A stretch of 64,000 nt of DNA from Spirochaetia bacterium (GTDB lineage Bacteria > Spirochaetota > Spirochaetia > SZUA-6 > Bin103): contig OZ241863.1 of assembly GCA_965203055.1 (NCBI GenBank), positions 2,848,001 through 2,912,000 on the forward strand, in the 5' to 3' direction. Shown here in pieces: positions 19,078 through 28,660 of the stretch (the first letter of the stretch is position 1; each line of letters starts with the position of its first letter). Both the position numbers and the translations under genes were made by a program. The notes beneath the pieces were generated by a model. The model did no database searches, was not told where the DNA came from, and saw nothing but the letters and a program-made list of their open reading frames with translations.

Positions 19078-20211
19078 CTACCGGAAGCGGCGAAGGTAGG
19101 CGCCGAGCAGCGGGTCGGCCACTCGATAGTGGTCCGGCAACCGCTCGATCACTCCCCGGTCGCACAGCCGCTTCACCGACAGCGCCACCGTCCGGCTGGA
19201 CAGGCGCACGCCGGCGAGGAAGCTCTTGGACTGCGGATGCTCGACGCTGCCGCGGCGGGCGATCTCGGTCAGCACGCTCTCGTCGGTGCCCGAGAACGCC
19301 GTCAGATAGGACGCGTAGCGGCCTTCGCGGTTCTCGAGCAGCGCCACCAGGGCCGCCCGGACCTTGGGGTAGTCGATCTCCGCCGCCTCATGCGACTCCA
19401 GGAGCTGGGCGCCCAGCCGGTTGATCGCTTCCGGTACGCGCTGCACGTCGTCCTGCAGGCGCGCCGCCACTTCCGGCGAGATCGTCAGCCGCCGCGGACT
19501 GAACCGCTCCTCCAGGTAGGCATGGTACTCGCCGTAGGGAATCGACTTGAACTCCAGCTCGCTCCCCCATTCACTCAGCGGAGCGCCCGGCGCGGCGAAC
19601 AGGTCCGTCAGCATGTGACGTTTGGAACCGAGCAGCAGCACCGGCACCGCCCCCAGCGCTTCCAGGCAGGCGCGCAACTGCGCCGGCGCTTCGGGGACCA
19701 GCGCGACGTCCTGGAACTCGTCCAGCACGATGAGCGAGTCGACCTCCTCGGCGATGCGGACAACGTGTTCCCACAGCGCCTCCAGGCCGGGGCCGGCTTC
19801 CCGGCCGCGGGAGTGGAGCGACAGACTCGGATTGCCGGTCTGCGGGTCCAGCGAAATCTCCGGCCGCAGCGCGGCCAGGAACCGCCCGACGTTCTCCATA
19901 AAGCCCTTGGCCGGAAATGAAGCGGCGAAGCTCCGCTGCAGACCGGTGGCCAGCCGCCGGGTCAACGACTGCATTGAACGGACGCCCATGAGGTCCGCAA
20001 ACAGGACGAAGTGACGCTTGCGCGCGCGCCGGAACTCCTCGATGGTGACGTTGCGGACGACCGATGTCTTCCCGTAGTTGCGCGGACCGTAGACTACCAC
20101 GCGACGTCCATGCTCCACCGCGGCCCGGAGCGCGCGCTGCTCGCGCCGGAGGTTGCAGATGTTGTCGGCGTCAACGAGGCGGTCGAATACGAACTGCTTC
20201 ATGGTCTGCAT
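19078..20211 (-). CDS. ATP-binding protein (archaeal-ATPase-like P-loop NTPase with C-terminal wHTH)
   Basis: YGPRNYGKTS, IVLDEFQD, GSKRH, C-terminal YRVADPL. Confidence 0.85.
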   Translation of the reverse strand: MQTMKQFVFDRLVDADNICNLRREQRALRAAVEHGRRVVVYGPRNYGKTSVVRNVTIEEFRRARKRHFVLFADLMGVRSMQSLTRRLATGLQRSFAASFPAKGFMENVGRFLAALRPEISLDPQTGNPSLSLHSRGREAGPGLEALWEHVVRIAEEVDSLIVLDEFQDVALVPEAPAQLRACLEALGAVPVLLLGSKRHMLTDLFAAPGAPLSEWGSELEFKSIPYGEYHAYLEERFSPRRLTISPEVAARLQDDVQRVPEAINRLGAQLLESHEAAEIDYPKVRAALVALLENREGRYASYLTAFSGTDESVLTEIARRGSVEHPQSKSFLAGVRLSSRTVALSVKRLCDRGVIERLPDHYRVADPLLGAYLRRFR

Positions 20212-20312
20212 GGCATGATAAGAAAAGTATCATACCAGCGGTACCGCAGTCAGGTCGAACCAGACGTCCGGCTGCGGATCACTGGCGGGGCGCGGTCTGC
20301 TGAGTCACGGGG

Positions 20313-20648
20313 CTATGGGCGATTTCGCTCATTCGAGGAGCGTTCCTTCAACGTTGTGTCGATGCGCTCTACGATAACGCGCAGGTCGCCTACTTCCTTG
20401 CTCAAGGCGTCGACCTTGCCGTCTACGGCTTTGATGTTCTCGCTAATCCTCAAATGAGCCTTCTCTGCTTCGGAGGAAAGCTCCTTGCGGGTCTCGTCGA
20501 TCTTCTCGCGGGTCGCTTTGTCTGCGGCGCCGATCTTCTCGCTCAACGTCCAGGCGGCTTTGGGAAGCACAAGAATGATAGTAAGGATGATTCCGCAAGC
20601 GGAAACCACCACGGCGGCTGCGCCTACCAAAAACTGCCACGTCTCCAT
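20313..20648 (-). CDS. Small N-terminal TM / coiled-coil protein (paralog of 57453-57881)
   Basis: METWQFLVG + hydrophobic helix + heptad region ending VERIDTTLKER; RBS GGAGG upstream. Confidence 0.75.
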   Translation of the reverse strand: METWQFLVGAAAVVVSACGIILTIILVLPKAAWTLSEKIGAADKATREKIDETRKELSSEAEKAHLRISENIKAVDGKVDALSKEVGDLRVIVERIDTTLKERSSNERNRP

Positions 20649-20674
20649 TCGGGGCATCCCTCCTGCCGGGGGAG

Positions 20675-20715
20675 ACGAACATACTACGGCAACAGGAACG
20701 TCAACAACAGGGTTG
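20675..20715 (-). repeat. 41-nt promoter-like motif, copy 1
   Basis: CAACCCTGTTGTTGACGTTCCTGTTGCCGTAGTATGTTCGT; 40/41 identical to 57342-57382. Confidence 0.9.
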
Positions 20716-20761
20716 CCGCCGAGAGCGTCACATTCCCCACGTGGTGCCGGGGCGCCGCGTG

Positions 20762-21045
20762 CTACCACTGCCTGCAGTTGTCGTACGGGTTGCGGCGCAG
20801 CGCGTCGGTCAGGCCGGCGAGCAGGCCGAACGGCCCGGCGAAGGTGTCGTCGACGAAGGGGTGGACTGGTCGAGCAGGTCCATGATCCCGGCGCCGGACA
20901 TGCCCACCACTTCGCGGTAGTCGAGCAGGTCGTCGATATCGACCTTGCCGATGCCGCGCAGGTCGGTGTAGGCGAAGCTCGGTTCGGGCGCGGCGGCGCC
21001 GCGTGCCGGCGGCGGATGTTCGACGAGCGCGGCTGATGTTGCCAC
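20762..21045 (-). pseudogene. Frameshifted/deleted gene remnant, family uncertain
   Basis: MATSAALVEHPPP...DLLDQSTP appears to continue in another frame as FVDDTFAGPFGLLAGLTDALRRNPYD; RBS AAGGA upstream. Confidence 0.4.
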
Positions 21046-21205
21046 GGCGGCTTTCCTTGGGGTACCGGAAGGTGTACCGGAAGCTGCACCAATACTACAA
21101 TACTGCCGGAGGAGTCGGGCTTGGCGTTCGGGCGGCGTGCCGCCGGGCGCCCGTCGGCTGCTGAGCGTGGCGCGCCAAGCGGCAGGAGGAATCAGGTGGC
21201 GGCAC

Positions 21206-21673
21206 ATGGAACCTAGTTCTCGAACCGGCGGCAGCGCGCTCGAGGTAGCGGAGGTGGTGCCGTTTCTGGCCGTCGCCGACCTGCGCGCATCGCTGGCGTT
21301 CTACGTGGACGGCCTGGGCTTCGCCATGGAGAACCAGTGGATCGACGCCGGCGTGCTGCGCTGGTGTCAACTGCGCCTCGGTTCGGCGGCGGTGATGTTG
21401 CAGCAGTTCCGCACTAGCGGACCCGACGCGCGCAGCTTCGGCCCCCGCAAGGGCGAGGGGGTGGCGTTGTGTTTCTTCTGCAGCGATGCCGTGGCCTTCT
21501 ACCGCAGCGTGCGCCGGCGCGGCATCGCCGCCTCGGAACCGCAGGTCGGCAATCGGCTGTGGGTGACCGAGATGACGGACCCCGACGGGTATCAGGTGCT
21601 GTTCGAGAGCCCCACCGACCTGCCCGAGGAAACCAGGTTGTCGGAGCTTCCCGCAGCGGACGGCGCGCCGTGA
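21206..21673 (+). CDS. VOC/glyoxalase family protein
   Basis: PFLAVADL.ASLAFY.DGLGF...TDPDGY.VLF. Confidence 0.88.
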   Translation: MEPSSRTGGSALEVAEVVPFLAVADLRASLAFYVDGLGFAMENQWIDAGVLRWCQLRLGSAAVMLQQFRTSGPDARSFGPRKGEGVALCFFCSDAVAFYRSVRRRGIAASEPQVGNRLWVTEMTDPDGYQVLFESPTDLPEETRLSELPAADGAP

Positions 21674-21675
21674 GC

Positions 21676-22317
21676 ATGACCGCGACCGCTCCCGGCCGAT
21701 TGAATTCGGTGCGGCCCGAAGATCGCGCCATTCATGAGTGGTATCGGTTCGTGTTGTCGTTTCCGCCGCATCTGGTTCAGGATTATCTGGACCGGTTCGG
21801 AATTGGTCCCGGCATGACGGTCCTGGACCCGTTCGCGGGAACCGGCACCACGCTGGTCGAATGCAAGAAACGATCCATCGCGAGTTTCGGCATCGAATCC
21901 AATCCGATGGCGCAGTTCGCCAGCGCCGTGAAGCTCGACTGGTCGGTCGATCCGGCCGCCTTGGCGGACTACGCCGCCGGCGTGAGCGCCGAGGCGCGGG
22001 GGAACCTGGCCCGGGACGGCTATTCCGATTGGGGCGGGCTGCCGCTGTTTGCGGCGCATGAGGCGGGGCGCGCCGAATTGCGCGCCCTTGCGCCGGCGCA
22101 GCGCAAGCTGCTGTTGAAGGATTCGATCAGTCCCCTGCCGCTGCACAAGACCTTGGTGTTGCTCGACGCGATCACGGCGCGCGGCGATTACCGGCAGCGG
22201 CGCTGCGGGCGCCTCGCGCTGGCCAGCGCACTGGTACGGACCATCGGCAACCTGAAATTCGGTCCCGAAGTAGGGGTCGGAAAGATCAAGCAGGATGCTC
22301 CCGTAGTAGCCGCCTGA
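21676..22317 (+). pseudogene. Amino-type (N4-C/N6-A) DNA methyltransferase, C-terminally truncated
   Basis: HEWYRF..SFPP, VLDPFAGTGTT SAM-binding motif; no SPPY/DPPY catalytic motif before the stop at 22317. Confidence 0.8.
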
Positions 22318-22946
22318 CGCTTCCGTCCAGCATACTGGCCACCGCTCCGGCAGGAAAAACCTGGATCATCAGATCCGCCGGGCGCAGCAGGTATCGATTC
22401 GTAATGGTTGCCGATGAACCATTGACGCCGAATCCGAATCTTGTAGTTACGAAGGTGCCGGATGCGACACCCGGTATCATTGCCAAGTATGCTTTCAGCG
22501 ACGAACAAGCAGTACTGGCGCTCGCGCGGTACAACCGACTCATCGACATCTTTCTCGGTATATCCTGCTACTCACTTCAGAATCATCTGAGAACGACGGT
22601 GCGCGGACTGGGCCAAGTGGAAACCGATGAGATCTACGTCGGTTTGGATCGGAGCGGAGCCCACTACGTTGTTCCGGTACAAGCAAAGGGCGGCAACGAT
22701 CGGCTCAGCCGGATCCAGATCGAGCAGGACATCGCCGTCTGCGCCGAAAAGCTGCCTTCTCTGATATGCCGGCCGGTAGGGCTGCAGTTGATGCGCAAGG
22801 ACCTCATCGCGCTTCTGTCGTTCGAACAGGACGGCGAGGACATCAGAGTGGTTTCGGAAAGGCACTATCAGCTCGCCCCCGCGGACGCGGTGACCGATGA
22901 CGACCTGGTTCGCTATCGAAGGCGCCTCTCGGAAACCGAGGTGTGA
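22318..22946 (+). pseudogene. Type II restriction endonuclease-like gene, N-terminally truncated
   Basis: KVPDATPGII..Y..SDEQA, QVETDEIYVG, PVQAKGG (PD-(D/E)XK-like). The frame runs back to LPSSILATAP...WIIRSAGRSRYRF with no start codon. Confidence 0.7.
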
Positions 22947-22993
22947 CGCCCGCTGTTGCAGGAGGTGGGGGCGTGGCGTAGGATGCGGGGGTG

Positions 22994-25135
22994 ATGCAGC
23001 TACCACAGGATTATACGGAACGCGTCTATGCGGGCGTGTTGGGCAAGATCATCGGCGTGTACCTGGGGCGTCCGTTCGAGGGCGCCCTGCACGAGTGGAT
23101 CGAGCGCGAGCTGGGCGAGATCACCGGCTACGTGCACGAGCGCCTGAAGCGCCCACTGATCGTCACCGACGACGACATCTCCGGCACCTTCACCTTCATC
23201 CGCGCGCTGGAGGACTTTGCGGCCAGCGCCGACCTCAGCGCCGCCGACATCGGCCGCACCTGGCTCAACTACCTGATCGAAGAGCGCACCGTGCTGTGGT
23301 GGGGCGGCCTGGGCAATTCCACCGAGCACACCGCCTACCTGCGCCTCAAGCAGGGGATCGAGGCGCCGCGCAGCGGCTCCATCGCGGTCAACGGCAAGGT
23401 GGTGGCGGAGCAGATCGGCGCGCAGATCTTCATCGACGGCTGGGCGATGGTCGCGCCCGGCGATCCTGAGCTGGCCGCGGCCCTGGCCGCCAAGGCCGGC
23501 AGCGTGAGCCACGACGGCGAAGCGGTATACGGCGCCCAGGTGGTGGCGGCCATGGAGGCGGCCGCCTTCGAGGAGTCCGACATCGGCGCGCTGCTCGACA
23601 CCGGACTGCGCTTCATCCCCGCGGATTCGGTGATCGCCCGCCTGATCGGCGACCTGCGCGAGTGGCACGCCGCCGACGGCGATTGGCGGCGCAGCTTCGC
23701 GCGGGTGCAGGAGCACTACGGCTACGACCGCTACGGCGGCAACTGCCACATGGTCCCGAACCACGCCATCATCATTCTGGCGCTGCTCTACGGCGGCGGC
23801 GACTTCGCCCACTCGCTGATGATCGCCAACACCTGCGGCTGGGACACCGACTGCAACTCCGGCAACGTCGGCTGCCTGCTGGGGATCCGCAACGGGCTGG
23901 CCGGCATCGACGGCGCGGCCAACGGCGGCGCCGCTGCGGTGGGCCGCTGGCGGGGGCCGGTCGCGGACCGGCTCTATCTGCCGACCGCGGACGGCGGCCG
24001 CTGCATCACCGACGCGCTGCAGCAGACTTACCGTCTGGTCAACGTAGGGCGCCGGCTGCAGGGGCTCGATCCGCTGCAGCCGAAGGGCGGCGCCCGCTAC
24101 CACTTTTCGCTGCCCGGTTCGGTCCAGGGGTTCGAGGCCGAGGGCGCCGGCGGCGCCGAGGGAGCGGTGACCAACGCCGGCGGGCGGCTGGCGCTGCGCT
24201 TCGCCGGGTTGCAGGGAAGCGCTGCGGCGCGCGCCACTGCCGCCACCTTCATTCCGCCCGATGCCGATCAGCTGGGCGGCTACGAGCTGCTGGCTTCGCC
24301 GGCCCTGCACTCGGGTCAACTCGTCCGCGCGCGGGTGGATTTGGACGCCGCGGCGAGCGGCAGCGTGGCCTGCCGCCTGTGCGCCGCGGTGTACGGCGAC
24401 GGCGACGGCCTGGAGACCCGGCGCAGCGAGCCGGTCGCGGTGGCTCCGGGAGCGGGCGCCGAGCTGGCGTGGGAGATGCCCGACACCGACGGCCATCCCA
24501 TCGCCCGCGTGGGCGTGGAGGCGGTAGCGGCCAACGGCGCCGCGGTGGCCGGTACCCTGTATCTGGACTGGCTCACCTGGAGCGGCGCCCCGCGCGCCAA
24601 CCTGGCGCGGCCCGCCAACGTGCCGTCGCTGCCGCCGCGCAAGCGTTACTCCTACCGCCCGTGGTGGGGCCGCGCCTGGGTGAACGCCTGCTCGACCCTG
24701 TGGACCAGGATCGACGAGGAGGCGCTGCGGCTGATTCAGAACGAAGGAGTGGGGCTGGCCTTCCAGGGCAGCGAGAGCTGGACCGATTACCGCGTCACCG
24801 CCACGCTGCGGGTGCACATGGCGCAGGCCGGGGGCATCGCCGCCCGCGCCGGCGGCATGCAGCGCTACTACGCGCTGCTGATCGGCGGCGACGGCGTGGT
24901 TCGCCTGGTGCGCCACGTGAACGAGCGCACCGTGTTGGCGTCGGCGCCGCTGGCCGGCGAGCTGACCGCGTGCCACCGCCTCACCCTGGAGGTCAGCGGT
25001 TCGACCATCAGCGGCGCCGTGGACGACGGGCCGCCGCTCACCGCCACCGACGACGCGCTGCGCGGCGGCGCGGTGGCGCTGGTGGCCGAGGAGGGCCGCG
25101 TCGAGGTCCACGGCGTTACCATCGCCCCGGCCTGA
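22994..25135 (+). CDS. ADP-ribosylglycohydrolase family protein with C-terminal beta-sandwich domains
   Basis: GKIIGVYLGRPFEG, VTDDD, SHDG, GWDTDCN.GNVG. Confidence 0.88.
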   Translation: MQLPQDYTERVYAGVLGKIIGVYLGRPFEGALHEWIERELGEITGYVHERLKRPLIVTDDDISGTFTFIRALEDFAASADLSAADIGRTWLNYLIEERTVLWWGGLGNSTEHTAYLRLKQGIEAPRSGSIAVNGKVVAEQIGAQIFIDGWAMVAPGDPELAAALAAKAGSVSHDGEAVYGAQVVAAMEAAAFEESDIGALLDTGLRFIPADSVIARLIGDLREWHAADGDWRRSFARVQEHYGYDRYGGNCHMVPNHAIIILALLYGGGDFAHSLMIANTCGWDTDCNSGNVGCLLGIRNGLAGIDGAANGGAAAVGRWRGPVADRLYLPTADGGRCITDALQQTYRLVNVGRRLQGLDPLQPKGGARYHFSLPGSVQGFEAEGAGGAEGAVTNAGGRLALRFAGLQGSAAARATAATFIPPDADQLGGYELLASPALHSGQLVRARVDLDAAASGSVACRLCAAVYGDGDGLETRRSEPVAVAPGAGAELAWEMPDTDGHPIARVGVEAVAANGAAVAGTLYLDWLTWSGAPRANLARPANVPSLPPRKRYSYRPWWGRAWVNACSTLWTRIDEEALRLIQNEGVGLAFQGSESWTDYRVTATLRVHMAQAGGIAARAGGMQRYYALLIGGDGVVRLVRHVNERTVLASAPLAGELTACHRLTLEVSGSTISGAVDDGPPLTATDDALRGGAVALVAEEGRVEVHGVTIAPA

Positions 25136-25149
25136 ACCCCGCACGGGCG

Positions 25150-26478
25150 ATGAGCGCGGGCTGGCTGGCGGAGCCGGCGAACGAGGGGCGGGAGGGAGTG
25201 CTCGACTTCCCGTGCAGCGTGCAGCGCCTGCCCGACGGCAATACCCTCATTGCGGATGCCGGCGACGAGCTGGGCGAGGGCAGCGAGATCCTGGAGGTGA
25301 ACCCGGCCGGCGACGTGGTATGGCGCTACGCCGGCGGGCTCGCCTTCGCCCATAGCGCTGAGCGGCTGGCGGACGGCGCCACGCTGATTACCGACACCAG
25401 CAACCACCGCCTGCTGATCGTCGCGCCGGACGGGAGCGTGCGGCTGGATTCGGCGCAGTGGGGGAGCCTGTCGGACGGCTCCCGGCTGGACTACCCCAAC
25501 GACGCCCATCAACTCGACGACGGGACCTTCCTGGTGACCGACCGCAACAGCGACCGGGTGGTGATCGTCGACGCCGCCGGTCAGGTGCGGTGGAGCCTGC
25601 GCAGCCCGCTCATCCACCATCCGCACAACGCCGACCGGCAGGCGAACGGCAACCTTCTGGTGGCCGCCTCCGGCTGCAATCGGGTGCTGGAGATCGACCC
25701 TTCCGGGACGGTGACGTGGAGCTACGGCGATCCCGCCCGGCGCCTGCTCGACTTTCCGCGCGACGCCGACCGGGTGGCGGAGCAGCGGGTGCTGATCACC
25801 GACTCGCGCCACCATCGCGTGCTGGAGGTGAACCCCCTGGGCGAGGTGGAGTGGCAGTTCGCCGTGGACTATTACGCCAGCTTCTACGAGGCCGACCAGC
25901 TCCCCAACGGCAACGTCCTGATCTCCGACCAGCACCATCATCGGGTTCTGGAGGTGGACCGGTCCGGGAGCGTCGTGTGGTCATTCGGCAACCACCGCCC
26001 GCGCGTGCCCACGCTGCCGCGGCTGCGCAACGGCGCGCTGGCCGACCCCGGCGCCGGCGGCGTGCCCGCGGGATGGTACGTCTACCGCCGCTTCGCGGAG
26101 GGCGCCGGGGCGTTCGCGCGCGGCGCCGACGGCGCGCCCGGCCTGGCCAACGGCGGCAGCGGGGCGCTGTTCCTGGCGCAGCGGGTGGCGGTGGAGCCGG
26201 GCCGCGGCTACACCCTGACCGGGGAGCTGCGCAGCGAGCGGCTGGCGCCCGCCGCCAGCGCTCACCTGCAACTGTACTTCCTGGACGCCGAGGCCGGCGC
26301 GCTGAGCAGCGCCGCGGCGGCGCCGCGCAGCGCGCCGCTGCGCGGGACGGTGTCGTGGCAGGCGGCCGGCGTGTCCGCGCGCGCCCCGGCCGCGGCGCGC
26401 GCGGTGGAAGCTCGGGTGTTCGTGGGCGGCGGCCCGGGCCGGGTGTTCGCGCGCGGCCTGCGGCTGCTGCAGGAGTGA
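25150..26478 (+). CDS. Beta-propeller repeat protein (NHL/arylsulfotransferase-like) with C-terminal carbohydrate-binding-like domain
   Basis: Repeats of (H/D)AxRLx(N/D)GNxLI(S/T)D...RVLEV..G.V.W; C-terminal AQRVAVEPGRGYTLTG jelly-roll-like segment. Confidence 0.75.
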   Translation: MSAGWLAEPANEGREGVLDFPCSVQRLPDGNTLIADAGDELGEGSEILEVNPAGDVVWRYAGGLAFAHSAERLADGATLITDTSNHRLLIVAPDGSVRLDSAQWGSLSDGSRLDYPNDAHQLDDGTFLVTDRNSDRVVIVDAAGQVRWSLRSPLIHHPHNADRQANGNLLVAASGCNRVLEIDPSGTVTWSYGDPARRLLDFPRDADRVAEQRVLITDSRHHRVLEVNPLGEVEWQFAVDYYASFYEADQLPNGNVLISDQHHHRVLEVDRSGSVVWSFGNHRPRVPTLPRLRNGALADPGAGGVPAGWYVYRRFAEGAGAFARGADGAPGLANGGSGALFLAQRVAVEPGRGYTLTGELRSERLAPAASAHLQLYFLDAEAGALSSAAAAPRSAPLRGTVSWQAAGVSARAPAAARAVEARVFVGGGPGRVFARGLRLLQE

Positions 26479-26492
26479 CGGCGCGCGCCGCC

Positions 26493-27701
26493 TCAGGCGC
26501 GGGTCAGGTGCGCGAGCTCCAGTTGCGCCACGCTGCGGCAGCCGAGCAGTGCCATGGTGCGGGCCATCTCTTCGGCCAGCAGGTTGATGGCGTAATCCAC
26601 CCCGGCTTCGCCGCCGGCGCCCAGGCCGTACAGGTAGGCGCGTCCGGCCATGCAGGCGTGGGCGCCGAGCGCCAGCGCCTTGACGATGTCGCCGCCGCGG
26701 CGCACGCCGCCGTCGCAGATGACCGCGGCGCGGTCGCCGACCGCGTCTACCGCCGCGGGTACCAGATCGAGGATCGGCGGGGCGCCGTCGAGCTGGCGCC
26801 CGCCGTGGTTGGACAGCACGATGGCGTCGCAGCCGTGGTCGGCGGCGAGCCGGGCGTCGGCCACGGTCTGGATTCCCTTGAGCACCAGCGCCCCCTGCCA
26901 AGTGGCGCGCAGCCACTCCAGGTCGCGCCACGTGACGCTCGGGTCGAACTGCGAGCTGATGTAGTCGGCGAGGGCCACCGGCGTGGTGCCGTCGGCCGGC
27001 GAACGGCCGCGCACGTTGGAGAACACGATCGGCTCGGAGCGGATGAAGCGCCACGTCCAGCCGGGATGGCGGATGCCGTCGGCGATGGTGCCGAGGCCGA
27101 GCTGAGGCGGCAGGGTAAAGCCGCCGCGCACGTCGCGCTCGCGGCGTCCCGACACCGGAATGTCCACCGTGGGCATCAGCGCGTGATAGCCGGCGGCCGC
27201 GGCGCGCTGCACCAGCTCGCGCACCAGGCCGCGGTCGCGCAGCACGTAGAGTTGAAACCAGAGCGGGCCGGAGCCGGCCTGCGCCACCTCTTCGATGGAG
27301 CGCGTGGCCACGGTGGACAGACTGTAGGGGAGCTGCGCCCGCGCCGCGGCGCGCGCCGCGGCGAGCTCGCCCTCCGGGTCGGCCATGCGGGAAAAGCCGA
27401 CCGGGGCCAGCACCAGCGGAAACGGCAGCCGCCGCCCGAGCAGCGTCGTCGAGGTGTCTACCTGCGACACGTCGACCAGCACCCGCGGCGCGAAGTTCCA
27501 GCCGCGGAACGCGGCGGCGTTGGCGCGCAGCGTCACCTCGTCCTCGGCGCCGCCGTCGATGTAGTTGAACACGCCGCGCGGCAACCGCCGCAGCGCCAGG
27601 CGGCGCAGGTCCTCGATGTTTACCGCCTGCGCCCGCAGCCGTTCCTCACGGGTGCGCGCCCGGCGCCGAAAGCGCAGTACCGAGCGCAGGGTGCGCCACA
27701 T
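26493..27701 (-). CDS. FMN-dependent alpha-hydroxy acid oxidase/dehydrogenase
   Basis: YIDGGAEDE, WFQLY, LKGI, SNHGGRQLD, DGGVRRG.D, GRAYLY. Confidence 0.93.
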   Translation of the reverse strand: MWRTLRSVLRFRRRARTREERLRAQAVNIEDLRRLALRRLPRGVFNYIDGGAEDEVTLRANAAAFRGWNFAPRVLVDVSQVDTSTTLLGRRLPFPLVLAPVGFSRMADPEGELAAARAAARAQLPYSLSTVATRSIEEVAQAGSGPLWFQLYVLRDRGLVRELVQRAAAAGYHALMPTVDIPVSGRRERDVRGGFTLPPQLGLGTIADGIRHPGWTWRFIRSEPIVFSNVRGRSPADGTTPVALADYISSQFDPSVTWRDLEWLRATWQGALVLKGIQTVADARLAADHGCDAIVLSNHGGRQLDGAPPILDLVPAAVDAVGDRAAVICDGGVRRGGDIVKALALGAHACMAGRAYLYGLGAGGEAGVDYAINLLAEEMARTMALLGCRSVAQLELAHLTRA

Positions 27702-27798
27702 ATCGCGCGCCAGTATGGAGCGTTGCCGCGCGCCGTCAAGCGCCCGCTCGGCCGGCGCCGGCTACCCCAAGCGGGTGGTTTGCGGCATGCTCCGGGGC

Positions 27799-28632
27799 AT
27801 GAACGTGGATTCGATGAACAGCGGCCGCCTGGCCGGCAAGGTCGCAATCGTGACCGGCGGCGGCGCCCGCGCCGGAACCGAGCTCGGCACCGGCCAGGCC
27901 ATATCGGTGGCGTTGGCGCGCGCCGGAGCGCGCGTGCTGGTCGTGGACCTGGCCGCGGAGAACGCCGCCCGTACGCTGGAGGCGGTGCGCGCCGCGGGCG
28001 GCGAGGGCGCGGCCTTCACCGCGGACGTGGCGCGCAGCGACCAGTGCGCGGCGATGGCGGCGGCGGCGGTGGAGCGCTACGGCGCCCTGCACGTGCTGGT
28101 GAACAACTGCGGCATCGGCGCGGGCGGCACGGTCGCCGAGCTGGACGAAGCAGTGCTGGAACGCGGCCTGGACGTCAACCTCAAGAGCGCCATCTTCGCC
28201 AGCAAGCACGCCATCCCCCACATGCGGGCGCAGGGCGGCGGCTCCATCATCAACGTGTCGTCGATCGACGGCATCACCGCCGGCATGAGCATCAACGTCC
28301 CCTACGGCGTCGCCAAGGGCGCCCTGCACATGCTCACCAAGACCACCGCCGCCTACCACGGGCGCGAGGGCATCCGCGCCAACTGCATCGCCCCCGGGCA
28401 CCTGCACGCCGCCTTCACCGGCCACTTCCCGGCGCGCACCCGCGACCTGCGGCGGCAGGCGGCGCCGCTCGGCACCGAGGGCACGGCGTGGGACATCGCC
28501 TGGGCGGCGGTGTTCCTGGCCAGCGACGAGTCGCGCTGGATTTCGGGCGTGGTGCTGCCGGTGGACGGAGGATTGCTGGCCGCGGCGCCGCTCACCGCCT
28601 ACGGCTACATCGAGAACGTCAAGTACTGGTAG
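27799..28632 (+). CDS. SDR family oxidoreductase
   Basis: VTGGG...GTG, VNNCG, YGVAK, NCIAPG, VDGG. Confidence 0.9.
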   Translation: MNVDSMNSGRLAGKVAIVTGGGARAGTELGTGQAISVALARAGARVLVVDLAAENAARTLEAVRAAGGEGAAFTADVARSDQCAAMAAAAVERYGALHVLVNNCGIGAGGTVAELDEAVLERGLDVNLKSAIFASKHAIPHMRAQGGGSIINVSSIDGITAGMSINVPYGVAKGALHMLTKTTAAYHGREGIRANCIAPGHLHAAFTGHFPARTRDLRRQAAPLGTEGTAWDIAWAAVFLASDESRWISGVVLPVDGGLLAAAPLTAYGYIENVKYW

Positions 28633-28660
28633 CGGCGGCGCCGCGGCTGCTGCCGCGGCG

